A DNA stretch of 44,680 nucleotides from Candidatus Micrarchaeales archaeon (GTDB lineage: Archaea; Micrarchaeota; Micrarchaeia; Micrarchaeales; CABMGC01): positions 1-44,680 of the forward strand of contig JBOGSA010000007.1 in NCBI GenBank assembly GCA_050749785.1, written 5' to 3'. Below the pieces are notes generated by a model. The model was not told the DNA's origin, ran no database searches, and worked only from the letters and a program-made list of their open reading frames with translations. Shown here one piece after another: positions 8,778 to 16,835 of this stretch (position 1 is the first letter of the stretch; each line of letters starts with the position of its first letter). Position numbers and translations under genes: made by a program.

Positions 8778-9113
8778 CTAATGAATCAGGCTTCCAGCCT
8801 TAATCGGTCTGTCAAGCGTTAGAAGCGCAACACCCGTTTCGTCTTCAGCTGCAAGTATCATGCCGTGGGACTGAGCTCCTGCAATCTCCTTTGGATCAAG
8901 GTTCGCAACACATATCACAGACTTGCCGATAAGCTCCTCCTTTGAATACCATGGCTTTATCCCGGCTACAACGTGCCTCTCCCCAGCCTCTCCAAGATCG
9001 AGCGTTATCTTATACATCGGCTTTCGCGCCTGTTCGTGTTCTTCGACACTCGTTATCTTTGCTACACGCAGTTCAAGCTGCTTGAAGATGTCTATGCTAG
9101 CCATATCAAACAT
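8778..9113 (-). CDS. Stand-alone tRNA-binding domain protein (Trbp111/CsaA-like; often annotated as MetRS beta subunit)
   Basis: 111 aa. LRVAKITSVEEH...KPMYKITLDLGE...VVAGIK...LIGKSVICVANLDPKEIAGAQSHGMILAAED matches the OB-fold tRNA-binding domain found at the C-terminus of many MetRS enzymes. Confidence 0.75.
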   Translation of the reverse strand: MFDMASIDIFKQLELRVAKITSVEEHEQARKPMYKITLDLGEAGERHVVAGIKPWYSKEELIGKSVICVANLDPKEIAGAQSHGMILAAEDETGVALLTLDRPIKAGSLIH

Positions 9114-9140
9114 CTTAAATATACTACAAGCTAATTTTTA

Positions 9141-9689
9141 ATGGTATTTATGAGAACTTTCATTGCACTAGACATTCCCGAAAGCGTAAGGGAAGAGATA
9201 GCGGCAGTATCGCGCGAATTTAGCGGCGATGGCGTTACGCTCGTCAACAAAGAGGCTATGCACCTCTCCATACACTTCCTCGGCGATCTCACAGACCAAG
9301 GCATACAGAAAGTAAAGGATTCAATTCAAGAGGTCGAATCGAAAAGTTTTGATGTTCAGGTAAAAGGCCTAGATTTTTTCTCCCCCTCATTTCTCAAGGT
9401 AATTTTTGGAAAGGTAGAGGGCGGAGGAGAAGAGTGCTCAAGAATATATGAACAGCTCGCAAACTCTATGGTTGCAAGAGAATTCGAGCTCGAACCGGGA
9501 CAATACACTCCGCACATAACTGTTGCGCGAGTTAAGAGAGTAAGGGATCCGCGCAGTATTGTAGCACTCGTAAGGAGCCACAGCGAAACGGATTTCGGGA
9601 CATTCACTGTAAACTCTATAAAATTGAAGTCCAGCGAACTCACGCCAGAAGGACCAGTTTATACAGATTTATACGAACTTAAGCTTTGA
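9141..9689 (+). CDS. thpR: RNA 2',3'-cyclic phosphodiesterase (2H phosphoesterase, ThpR/LigT family)
   Basis: Two H-x-(S/T)-x motifs, HLSIHFLG and HITVARV, in a ~180-aa protein. An alternative ATG lies at 9150. Confidence 0.8.
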   Translation: MVFMRTFIALDIPESVREEIAAVSREFSGDGVTLVNKEAMHLSIHFLGDLTDQGIQKVKDSIQEVESKSFDVQVKGLDFFSPSFLKVIFGKVEGGGEECSRIYEQLANSMVAREFELEPGQYTPHITVARVKRVRDPRSIVALVRSHSETDFGTFTVNSIKLKSSELTPEGPVYTDLYELKL

Positions 9690-10277
9690 TGCGCCCACCT
9701 TGAAGGAATCAGGAGTGATATCATTAACAAGCTCTCCTGCCCTATAAACTCTGTCGATAAGCAGAACATCGTAGCAAATTCCAGTCTTTAGATCAAGTGC
9801 CACATGCCTCTTCAGATTTCCGAACAGATCAACTTCTATCAGGTCTCCCCTGTAGACTTTGTGCAATGCCTCAATAGCCTTGACCAATGTTTTGTCGCCG
9901 TTCTGCATCCCGATTATGCGCATCTCCAGATTCGGGCGTTTGAATTTGCGTAGCATTCCATGTATCCTGTCAATGTCTAATTTATCGAACGGAAGTGAAG
10001 ACCTTATCACTATGCCGCTTTGTGAATTCACATCATACATTGTTATCAAGGTGTCAAAGCTCATGTCAGTAGCAATGATATACCTGAATTCCGGCTCATT
10101 AAGCGTTTTAAAGGTTGCTTCACATGGCCCAAGCTGCAGTGTGGTATTCTTTATCATCGACAAAGAAGTGTGTGGCCTGTTATTGGACACCACCGAAGCC
10201 TTTGTGCTAAATACAATGCGGTTGCTCCCGAAATCGGCTTTCGCCATTTCAGATCCAAACGCCTCCCAGTAGTCCAT
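9669..10277 (-). CDS. Hypothetical protein
   Basis: 202-aa ATG ORF with a TATA-like box (catttttaagg on the coding strand) about 35 nt upstream. No confident motif. Confidence 0.5.
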   Translation of the reverse strand: MDYWEAFGSEMAKADFGSNRIVFSTKASVVSNNRPHTSLSMIKNTTLQLGPCEATFKTLNEPEFRYIIATDMSFDTLITMYDVNSQSGIVIRSSLPFDKLDIDRIHGMLRKFKRPNLEMRIIGMQNGDKTLVKAIEALHKVYRGDLIEVDLFGNLKRHVALDLKTGICYDVLLIDRVYRAGELVNDITPDSFKVGASKLKFV

Positions 10278-10545
10278 GTGCTCATCCCTAATTAAGAAGA
10301 TAGTCCTTAAAAATGTAAACCCGAGCGCAGCTTTTTATATAAGTTAGTAATAATACAATAGTCAACAGTTACAATCGGTGTTATATTTGGGAAGTATTCC
10401 TAGGAAATGGAAAAAGAAGGGCAGAATGCGCTGGAAATGGGTAAAGAAGCGAAGGAAGAGGATCAAGAGAGCGCAGAAGAGGAGAGTAGGAGAACTCTGA
10501 TTAGTTTATCCTCCTCTTTTTCTAATCAGATACAAAGAACATACT

Positions 10546-11133
10546 CTAAGCTATGCTTCTTGCCTGGTATCTGCCGCGCTTTTCTATTTTGTGCAATCTC
10601 TCAAATATCCTCTTTGAGTCTTTTGAGACCTTAGCATAGCCCCTTCCAAAATCCCTGTAACATTTTTCGTTTATCGCCCTTTTCATGAGCAGCAAATCGA
10701 TAGCTTTCTCTTCAGCGCTGCTTGTTATCTCAGAAAGGCCAAAATCAATTACGAAATATTCACTGCCAAGTTTCATCACATTTGCTGGCGTGAAATCTCC
10801 ATGCGCAATGTTTCCATTGTGCATCAGACCGAGCTGTTCTCCTATTTTTCCAAAATCTACATGGCCTATCTTGTCATCGGTTAACAATCTACCCTCAATC
10901 CTATTCACATATATCGAAAAGCGACCGACACCTAGAAGCTTCGGCGCATTCACCCCAAGACTATCTAATTCGTAGAGAATCTTTGCTTCCCTTTTGGTTC
11001 GAGTTTCCCTCAACTCCTCATCTATCTCGCCTATCCTGTAATTTTTTGGCAGTCTTTCCTTTACCACCATCTCAATACCAAAAAGATTGGCAGAATATAC
11101 CTTTGCCTCGGCACCAGAACCTATCATTTTCAT
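10546..11133 (-). CDS. bud32: Bud32/PRPK-type Kae1-associated kinase (KEOPS subunit)
   Basis: GSGAEAKVY glycine loop, HGDFTPANVM catalytic loop, IDFGL. It overlaps kae1 by 4 nt (ATGA). Confidence 0.85.
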   Translation of the reverse strand: MKMIGSGAEAKVYSANLFGIEMVVKERLPKNYRIGEIDEELRETRTKREAKILYELDSLGVNAPKLLGVGRFSIYVNRIEGRLLTDDKIGHVDFGKIGEQLGLMHNGNIAHGDFTPANVMKLGSEYFVIDFGLSEITSSAEEKAIDLLLMKRAINEKCYRDFGRGYAKVSKDSKRIFERLHKIEKRGRYQARSIA

Positions 11134-12095
11134 ACAACGATCACCTTGTCTACTCTATACCTCTGCTCTATGCTGCATCTGTCCAGCGAAGAATCCTGTC
11201 CATGCCTCAGCATCCTTTCCCCTACAAACGCTATCATCGCGCCGTTATCTGCGTTGAACTCATCCGGTGCGTAGCCAAAGCTAATTTTATTCTCCTTTGC
11301 AACTTCACCAAGCATTTCCCTCAGTCTTTTACTCTGTGCAACCCCTCCGCATACGCACAGCTCCCTGCTCTTTGTAAGCATGAGTGCACGTTCCGTTGCT
11401 TCACAGAGCATTGAGAATGCAGTTTCCTGCAATGAAAAGCAGATGTCCTCAACTTTATTTTTTCCAACCATCTTTAACGCGCTTGTAAGAAGACCTGTGA
11501 AAGCAAAGTCCATCCCCTTGACCGTGTAAGGCAGCCTCACATATTTGCCATTTTGTGCAAGCTTTGCAACCGTGGATCCCCACGCGGGATTAAGCCCTGC
11601 CCCGCGTGCGAAATTGTCAATCATGTTGCCCACCCCAATATCAAATGTCTCTCCAATAATCCTGTAGGAATTCCCGTATCTTTTCAAAATCTGCGAATTG
11701 CCTCCACTCACATACAAAGCTAGTGGTTCCTTCATATTGGAAATCGATTTTGTAATCTCTACATGTGCGACTCCATGATTCACCTGTGCAATTCCCACAT
11801 CTAGCTTTTTTGCAATTGCCTTTGCGGTAAGCTCTCCAACCTGTAGACAGGGTCCTAGGCCCGGACCCCGAGTATAGCCAACTCCCTCAATATCACTTAT
11901 CTTAAGCCCGGTTTTCTTCAAGGCGAGGCTTACCACCTCTGTGGCATTTTTGGCGTGGAACTCTGCGACCTTTCCAGGAATGAGGCCTTTGTCAGTTATC
12001 TTGTACATCCTCTTCTCATTTGCGATTACCTCTCCATTGTCTACTATTCCTACTCCAAATGTGTGCGCACTACTTTCAATCCCAAGTACCAGCAT
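11130..12095 (-). CDS. kae1: tRNA N6-adenosine threonylcarbamoyltransferase Kae1 (KEOPS)
   Basis: GIESSAHTFGVGIV N-terminus and the VNHGVAHVEI metal-binding His pair. It is unfused from bud32 but translationally coupled to it. Confidence 0.9.
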   Translation of the reverse strand: MLVLGIESSAHTFGVGIVDNGEVIANEKRMYKITDKGLIPGKVAEFHAKNATEVVSLALKKTGLKISDIEGVGYTRGPGLGPCLQVGELTAKAIAKKLDVGIAQVNHGVAHVEITKSISNMKEPLALYVSGGNSQILKRYGNSYRIIGETFDIGVGNMIDNFARGAGLNPAWGSTVAKLAQNGKYVRLPYTVKGMDFAFTGLLTSALKMVGKNKVEDICFSLQETAFSMLCEATERALMLTKSRELCVCGGVAQSKRLREMLGEVAKENKISFGYAPDEFNADNGAMIAFVGERMLRHGQDSSLDRCSIEQRYRVDKVIVV

Positions 12096-12148
12096 CCGAC
12101 GAACCTCTCCTAAGGAGTATAAATAAACAAATTAATATCATTGAGTAT

Positions 12149-12355
12149 ATGGAGGAGGAAGAACCTAACAGCGAGATAATCCACTTGATAAGGCGTTCAC
12201 AGAATATCAATCCACAAGAGCGGATAAAGGCAGCAAAGGATCCGAAGCTACCTGAAGAATTCTTAAAGAAACTAAAGTTTGATCCAGATGAGACTGTCAG
12301 GGAAGTTGCCAAGCGCATAGTGGAAAAGAGGTTTCCCGATAAAACGAAGGCGTAG
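12149..12355 (+). CDS. Small HEAT-repeat-like protein (68 aa)
   Basis: The ATG at 12149 gives MEEEEPNSEI...DPDETVREVAKRIVEKRF, a PBS-lyase/HEAT-like D-x-D-x-x-VR-x-x-A pattern. The longer track ORF from 12020 overlaps kae1 antisense. The stop codon abuts the left target-site duplication of the island. Confidence 0.5.
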   Translation: MEEEEPNSEIIHLIRRSQNINPQERIKAAKDPKLPEEFLKKLKFDPDETVREVAKRIVEKRFPDKTKA

Positions 12356-12364
12356 CAACTCAAC
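12356..12364. repeat. Left copy of the target-site duplication CAACTCAAC
   Basis: Identical 9-mer at 18585-18593. It extends to 10 bp if the following G is counted. It directly abuts the left TIR. Confidence 0.75.
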
Positions 12365-12438
12365 GGCTTTGTGTAAATAGAGGTGTAATAAGGGCACTTT
12401 ATACACATTTTTAGGACTTCTTACACATAAATAAGGAC

Positions 12439-13257
12439 ATGGCAGTTAAGCAAATGTGGTCATTTCGAATAAGCGGAGATGATGAAACAAATGTTCATGG
12501 AAAACAATATCGTGTTCAGATAAGCCAATTTGCCAAAGACAGTGGTGTCAAAGGATCAGTTCAAAATATTAAATTTAAATCAGAGATAGAAGTAAAATTG
12601 GCATTAGAAGATAAAGCAAAGTCGCAGGAATTTAAAGATGAATTATCCAAAACTTTAGATAAGGAAAAGCTGGATAAATTGAAATTTTCCGAACTATATG
12701 AATTTCAGGAAGAAGAGGCAAGATATCCCGATTTTAGTGTAATTCGTGAAGATGAATTAACTGAAATGGTTTGGGCACTACAAGGTGCGGGAAAAGTATT
12801 TTTCGAATCTGCAAAAGCACAGAACTCCATGCTTAAAAGTATAGTTGAAATTATGGTTGCTCGTGATCATAAAAAAGAGCGTGGTCTTTTAGGAGCTTTA
12901 AATTTAGAAATAGGCTTCATAAATAAGAAATTAGATGATATGATTAAACAAATAGAAGAGAATAAAGAGGTCAATTTTAAATTTGAGGTCAATTTTAAAT
13001 TTGAACATCATTGCCTTCTGAAAGCACTGGTAGAACCAGCTTGGGCAGATGATGATACTTTTCTACAGCTCACTTCAGACTTATTTCATGGAATAAATAG
13101 AACAGATAAACCTCCATTTAATTCTCTCCCTAATAAAGAGGATAAACTGAAAGAACTACAAGCTCTTAAAAAAGTAGCTACAGAGTATTATAATATCATC
13201 AATAAACGAAGCGAGCAATTAGATAACCTGATAGATAATAATATAAAATCTAACTAA
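12439..13257 (+). CDS. Hypothetical protein (272 aa, charged and coiled-coil-rich) with an in-frame 18-bp tandem duplication
   Basis: First gene of the island, ATG start. The N-terminal ~65 aa loosely follow an acylphosphatase-like pattern (G..V.G..YR......A...GVKGSVQN...), which is weak evidence. EVNFKF is repeated twice. Confidence 0.55.
   Translation: MAVKQMWSFRISGDDETNVHGKQYRVQISQFAKDSGVKGSVQNIKFKSEIEVKLALEDKAKSQEFKDELSKTLDKEKLDKLKFSELYEFQEEEARYPDFSVIREDELTEMVWALQGAGKVFFESAKAQNSMLKSIVEIMVARDHKKERGLLGALNLEIGFINKKLDDMIKQIEENKEVNFKFEVNFKFEHHCLLKALVEPAWADDDTFLQLTSDLFHGINRTDKPPFNSLPNKEDKLKELQALKKVATEYYNIINKRSEQLDNLIDNNIKSN
12967..13002 (+). repeat. Perfect 18-bp tandem duplication (gaggtcaattttaaattt x2)
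   Basis: Units at 12967-12984 and 12985-13002 are identical and in frame (EVNFKF-EVNFKF). Confidence 0.95.
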
Positions 13258-13277
13258 TCATAATAATAGGTGTATGT

Positions 13278-13760
13278 GTGTCCATGTATGGCGAATTCGC
13301 CCAAAAATTCCAAATTATAGTTGGACACGCTATGGAGACAGGCACACTTGAAAAAAGGATAATAATCCAAAAAATTGCATATCTTTTATATAGAAAAGGT
13401 GTCAATTTCGAATATACTGATTTTTCATGGTATTTACACGGAATATTTTCATGGAATTTGTGGTACGATATTATACATTTTTGGGATCCAGCCCCCCAAC
13501 TACTTTCTACTGAACAAGTAGCCTCAGTGAATAATGTTTTGGAGGATTTTAAAAAGGCAAATTTAACTACTTATTTCACTACTTCAAATGATTTGGAATT
13601 GATAACTACTATTTTATATCGGGCAAAATCACAATCAGACTTAAATTCTGAAAATACAAGTCTAATTAATGAAGTAATTGCACTAAAAGGTAAATTTAGT
13701 CAAGAGCAAATTAAAATTGCAATTGATAAAATCAAATTAATTGAATGGAATTTTAATTAA
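13278..13760 (+). CDS. Hypothetical protein, possibly DUF4065/Panacea (SocA-like antitoxin) domain
   Basis: 160 aa, 20 nt downstream of the previous ORF. RIIIQKIAYLLYRKG...FSWYLHGIFSWNLWYDI resembles the KLxKLLY...GP(V/I) core of DUF4065 as I remember it. This is not verified. An alternative ATG lies at 13284. Confidence 0.4.
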   Translation: MSMYGEFAQKFQIIVGHAMETGTLEKRIIIQKIAYLLYRKGVNFEYTDFSWYLHGIFSWNLWYDIIHFWDPAPQLLSTEQVASVNNVLEDFKKANLTTYFTTSNDLELITTILYRAKSQSDLNSENTSLINEVIALKGKFSQEQIKIAIDKIKLIEWNFN

Positions 13761-13863
13761 TATTTTTACAATTATCTAAATAAGAGGAAGTGTGAAAAAT
13801 ACTCTCACTTTTTACACAAAAGTGTAATAATGGGTTTTTAAGGCTTCTTTTCGTATATTTTTC

Positions 13864-14544
13864 ATGCCAAACAGCAAAGAGAACTTCTTACAGCTACACA
13901 AAGTAATTTTATCCCTAAGAAGACAGATCATAAATGAAGTAACTTTGGCAATAGCTAAAAAAGTTAGTGGCGGCCAATTAGATGACTACCAAATAGTTTG
14001 GAATCAGCTTCAGATAATAGCGACCCCTGTAATAAAAAATGTTCTTAAAAGGAAATTCAAAGGAGCAATTTTCATCGAAGCCAAAAGTAAATCTACCTAT
14101 CCAGATTTAAGAATGGAATGGCAGGGATTTAAAGTAGCAATAGATATTAAATCAAATGAATCTTCTAAGGACCCTTGGTATGACATAGCAAGATTAGACA
14201 CTATAATAGAAACTCGCATTAATCAGTATGATGAAGAATACGAAGTAGTTATAAAATACGATAGCAAAACTAAAAAATTGATTAAAATCTTTTTTGATAC
14301 TCTTAGAGATACAGTGGGAATTAGGAAAGAATGTAATGGAGTTAAATATCGGCCCTATGATGGTAAATTAAGACCTAAAACCTGGAAAGAATTTGATGAA
14401 AATATTAATTATTGGAAGACGAAGGAAGAATTTTTGAAGGGTATTGAAAATTCTAAGAAACATAGATGGAAAGAGTCGGCTAAACAGCAATTAAAACATC
14501 TATCTAAAGAAGAAAAGAAAGAATTTCGTGACCTTTACACTTAA
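13864..14544 (+). CDS. Probable type II restriction endonuclease (PD-(D/E)xK)
   Basis: TYPDLRMEWQGFKVAIDIKS gives PD-x12-D-I-K. The gene is convergent with, and overlaps, the methyltransferase gene: the stop codons share one TTAA at 14541-14544. Confidence 0.55.
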   Translation: MPNSKENFLQLHKVILSLRRQIINEVTLAIAKKVSGGQLDDYQIVWNQLQIIATPVIKNVLKRKFKGAIFIEAKSKSTYPDLRMEWQGFKVAIDIKSNESSKDPWYDIARLDTIIETRINQYDEEYEVVIKYDSKTKKLIKIFFDTLRDTVGIRKECNGVKYRPYDGKLRPKTWKEFDENINYWKTKEEFLKGIENSKKHRWKESAKQQLKHLSKEEKKEFRDLYT

Positions 14545-15467
14545 GCTTTTTTTATTAAAGGTAATTTCATCGTTTTTGTTTTGTCTTTATTTATTCTTTG
14601 TTCTGTAGAGATGAGATGTGGTGCTACTGCATCATAATCTTTTTGTCTAATTGTAATTACCTTATTCAAATAAAGGGAAACATATTTACCCCCCAACATC
14701 GTCGGCTCAGAAGCTTCGACATTTTCTTTTGCTATTTTAACATATTTTTCATCTACATCAATTCCAATATATTTTCTACCCATTCTCTTTGCGGCTACTG
14801 CCGTGGTACCTGTGCCAACCATAGGATCAAAAATTATATCCCCTTCATCTGTTGTTGAAAGAATCATTCTTTCTACTAAATGTGGGGGTAATTGACATGG
14901 ATGGGCGTTCCGCCTAACCTTATGACGAATACGATGAATATCATTCCAAATATCACTTGCTACTTTACCGTAGGGATGAAGTAAATCTTTTTTGCCTCCC
15001 CAGTCTGCTAATAAATCTCCCTTTCTATCCCTTTGGTGTGGGACTCTAACTATAAAAGTTTTAGAATTAGATGTTTTTGTGTACCACAATATTCCGTAAT
15101 GTGCTGGTAAAAGTTTTGAATTTGTTGGGGATCCAAGAGCATCCCACGCTATCCAATGTCTAAATACCGCTAATGTATTGAGATGACATGCGTGATGTAT
15201 CAGCCATTTTGGAATATTTATTACAAATAATGATCCACTCGGTTTTAGTATTCTTATGCACTCAGAAAGCCATTCATTGCACCAAGCAATATATTCTTTT
15301 TCTGTTAACTCGTCTTTATAATTTGAATATTTTTTTCTTAAATTATAGGGAGGGTCAATAAAAACCATATCTACACAATTTTCGGACATTTTCCGCATAA
15401 GTGAGATACTATCCCCCAAAATAATTTGATTTTCCATTTTTTTAATATTAATCATATTAAACACCAA
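14541..15467 (-). CDS. DNA methyltransferase, beta-class N6-adenine/N4-cytosine (PF01555-like)
   Basis: Motif IV, FIDPPYNL, is near the N-terminus. Motif I, FDPMVGTGTTAVAAKRMGRKYIGIDVD, is near the C-terminus. That IV-then-I order marks the beta group. The track start is TTG at 15467; an ATG lies at 15455 (MINIKKMENQ). Confidence 0.85.
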   Translation of the reverse strand: MVFNMINIKKMENQIILGDSISLMRKMSENCVDMVFIDPPYNLRKKYSNYKDELTEKEYIAWCNEWLSECIRILKPSGSLFVINIPKWLIHHACHLNTLAVFRHWIAWDALGSPTNSKLLPAHYGILWYTKTSNSKTFIVRVPHQRDRKGDLLADWGGKKDLLHPYGKVASDIWNDIHRIRHKVRRNAHPCQLPPHLVERMILSTTDEGDIIFDPMVGTGTTAVAAKRMGRKYIGIDVDEKYVKIAKENVEASEPTMLGGKYVSLYLNKVITIRQKDYDAVAPHLISTEQRINKDKTKTMKLPLIKKA

Positions 15468-15606
15468 AAATTCGGTAAAAGCATACGCTAACTGATAATG
15501 TTTCCTTACCTATAACACCCAGAATCTGAAGGTAATTTGTATAGCGATGCCTAACCGCATTTCTTGTAGATGAATTGAGGAAGTTTAAATTTTTATAGGT
15601 TTCCAT
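15457..15606 (-). CDS. Small 49-aa ORF immediately upstream of the methyltransferase; possible controller, leader or spurious
   Basis: ATG 15606-15604 gives METYKNLNFLNSSTRNAVRHRYTNYLQILGVIGKETLSVSVCFYRIFGV, with stop 15459-15457. The stop lies 1 nt before the methyltransferase ATG at 15455. No motif recognised. Confidence 0.2.
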   Translation of the reverse strand: METYKNLNFLNSSTRNAVRHRYTNYLQILGVIGKETLSVSVCFYRIFGV

Positions 15607-15607
15607 C

Positions 15608-16819
15608 TTAATCCTCCTGTAAGAAGTTAGGTGTGATACCTAACTCATTTATCTCGTGAATAAGCACTACAATATTATGGCAAAGTATCTTTAATAGCAT
15701 CTCATTTATCTGTGCCGTTTTACTTCTACTCTTTAATCCGTCTCCAAACTTCATCTTAATCATGTGGAAAGTTGTTTCGATATTACTTCGATTATGATAG
15801 TGGTTCATGTAGTCGTCTCTGTTCATCATGAAATAATGATACATCTTTCTCCAGATTTTTCCATGTCTTGGAAGAGATGCAGAATTTGACTTGAAAGGAA
15901 TGAATGCTGTTCCTCCTATTTCATCAATATATTCCATATTCGGTCTTGCCAAGTATTCCTTGTCTGCACTCATCTGCTCTATATTGAAGCCCTTTTCATG
16001 AGTCTCTTTAGCTAATGGGATGAAGAAAGGCGAATCATTAGGGAACTCATCAGTTACTTGAACTGCGGTAATTATGTTTGTCTTAGTTCCACAGCAAGCG
16101 TGAACCTTGATCCATTTGTGTTGTTGGCCTGTTCTATGCTTGGTATAAAGATACTGCCCAAAGCTCGTGGTGTGGAAGCCTGTGCTGTCTATGGCAAACT
16201 TGGTTTCAACGCTTTTGAAAGGCATGGAAGAGAGACTTATGAGCTTATAAAGAATTGGTGTGATGTCCTCTCTTTGCATAAAATGGCCTGTAGAAGCAAA
16301 GCAAGGTGTTTTGACTACCAAACCCTTCTCTTTGGCTATCTTGAGGTCTGAAGCGAACCTACGCAGGCTGAATTGAGTATAGACCTTTAGGGCGGAAGCA
16401 AAGAGATTATCAGATTGCGGTATCTTAGGTCTGCCAAAGGTATAGGTTGGTTCATCTACTTCGCTAATTAAATCTTTTAGAAGATCCATGAACTTAGACT
16501 TCTCTTCAGTCTGGCTTTTGTTGTAAGCTGGCCAGTTTTGTGAGTAGGTTACTTTTTTGGTAATGGTTGTAGTACCATCGTCATTGATCTGTTTCGTAAT
16601 CGTTATCTCTACTGCGAAGATGTGCTTGCATTTTAGACCTCTTTCTTGGTAGTCGGGGCAATTGCATATAGACTTGTCAAGCCTAAGAGTAACTTCGTAA
16701 TGCTTATTAGTTGTCTGGGAGGGAACTAACCATGTGTTTCCATTCAGCTTAACCTTTCCAGCCTGTGCAATCTGGTTTCCCTTTTCTTTTCTTATTTGTA
16801 GTAGTTCTTGGATTTGCAT
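15608..16819 (-). CDS. DDE transposase (IS4/IS5-type) with an N-terminal SWIM zinc finger
   Basis: SWIM: CNCPDYQERGLKCKHIFAV. DDE candidates: FAIDSTGFH and MSADKEYLA. The C-terminal signature is Y-x2-R-x3-E-x6-K (YHNRSNIETTFHMIKMK). Confidence 0.85.
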   Translation of the reverse strand: MQIQELLQIRKEKGNQIAQAGKVKLNGNTWLVPSQTTNKHYEVTLRLDKSICNCPDYQERGLKCKHIFAVEITITKQINDDGTTTITKKVTYSQNWPAYNKSQTEEKSKFMDLLKDLISEVDEPTYTFGRPKIPQSDNLFASALKVYTQFSLRRFASDLKIAKEKGLVVKTPCFASTGHFMQREDITPILYKLISLSSMPFKSVETKFAIDSTGFHTTSFGQYLYTKHRTGQQHKWIKVHACCGTKTNIITAVQVTDEFPNDSPFFIPLAKETHEKGFNIEQMSADKEYLARPNMEYIDEIGGTAFIPFKSNSASLPRHGKIWRKMYHYFMMNRDDYMNHYHNRSNIETTFHMIKMKFGDGLKSRSKTAQINEMLLKILCHNIVVLIHEINELGITPNFLQED

Positions 16820-16835
16820 AATATCATTATTTGTT

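Noticed and set aside
10407-10634. A 75-aa ORF with an acidic N-terminus in the 268-bp gap between 9669-10277(-) and bud32. It is preceded by a TATA-like ctttttatataag at about 10333-10345. An 8-bp inverted repeat, CTGATTAG...CTAATCAG, lies at 10497-10529.
   Set aside because: The C-terminal third overlaps bud32 antisense and looks random and hydrophobic. The hairpin has a 17-nt loop and no clear oligo-T context. A small transcript or protein may exist here, but the sequence alone does not support a call.
12076-12408. A 110-aa minus-strand ORF spanning the left island junction.
   Set aside because: It crosses the TSD and TIR and overlaps the small HEAT-like gene antisense. Its composition is Ser/Phe/Leu-rich, so it is most likely spurious.
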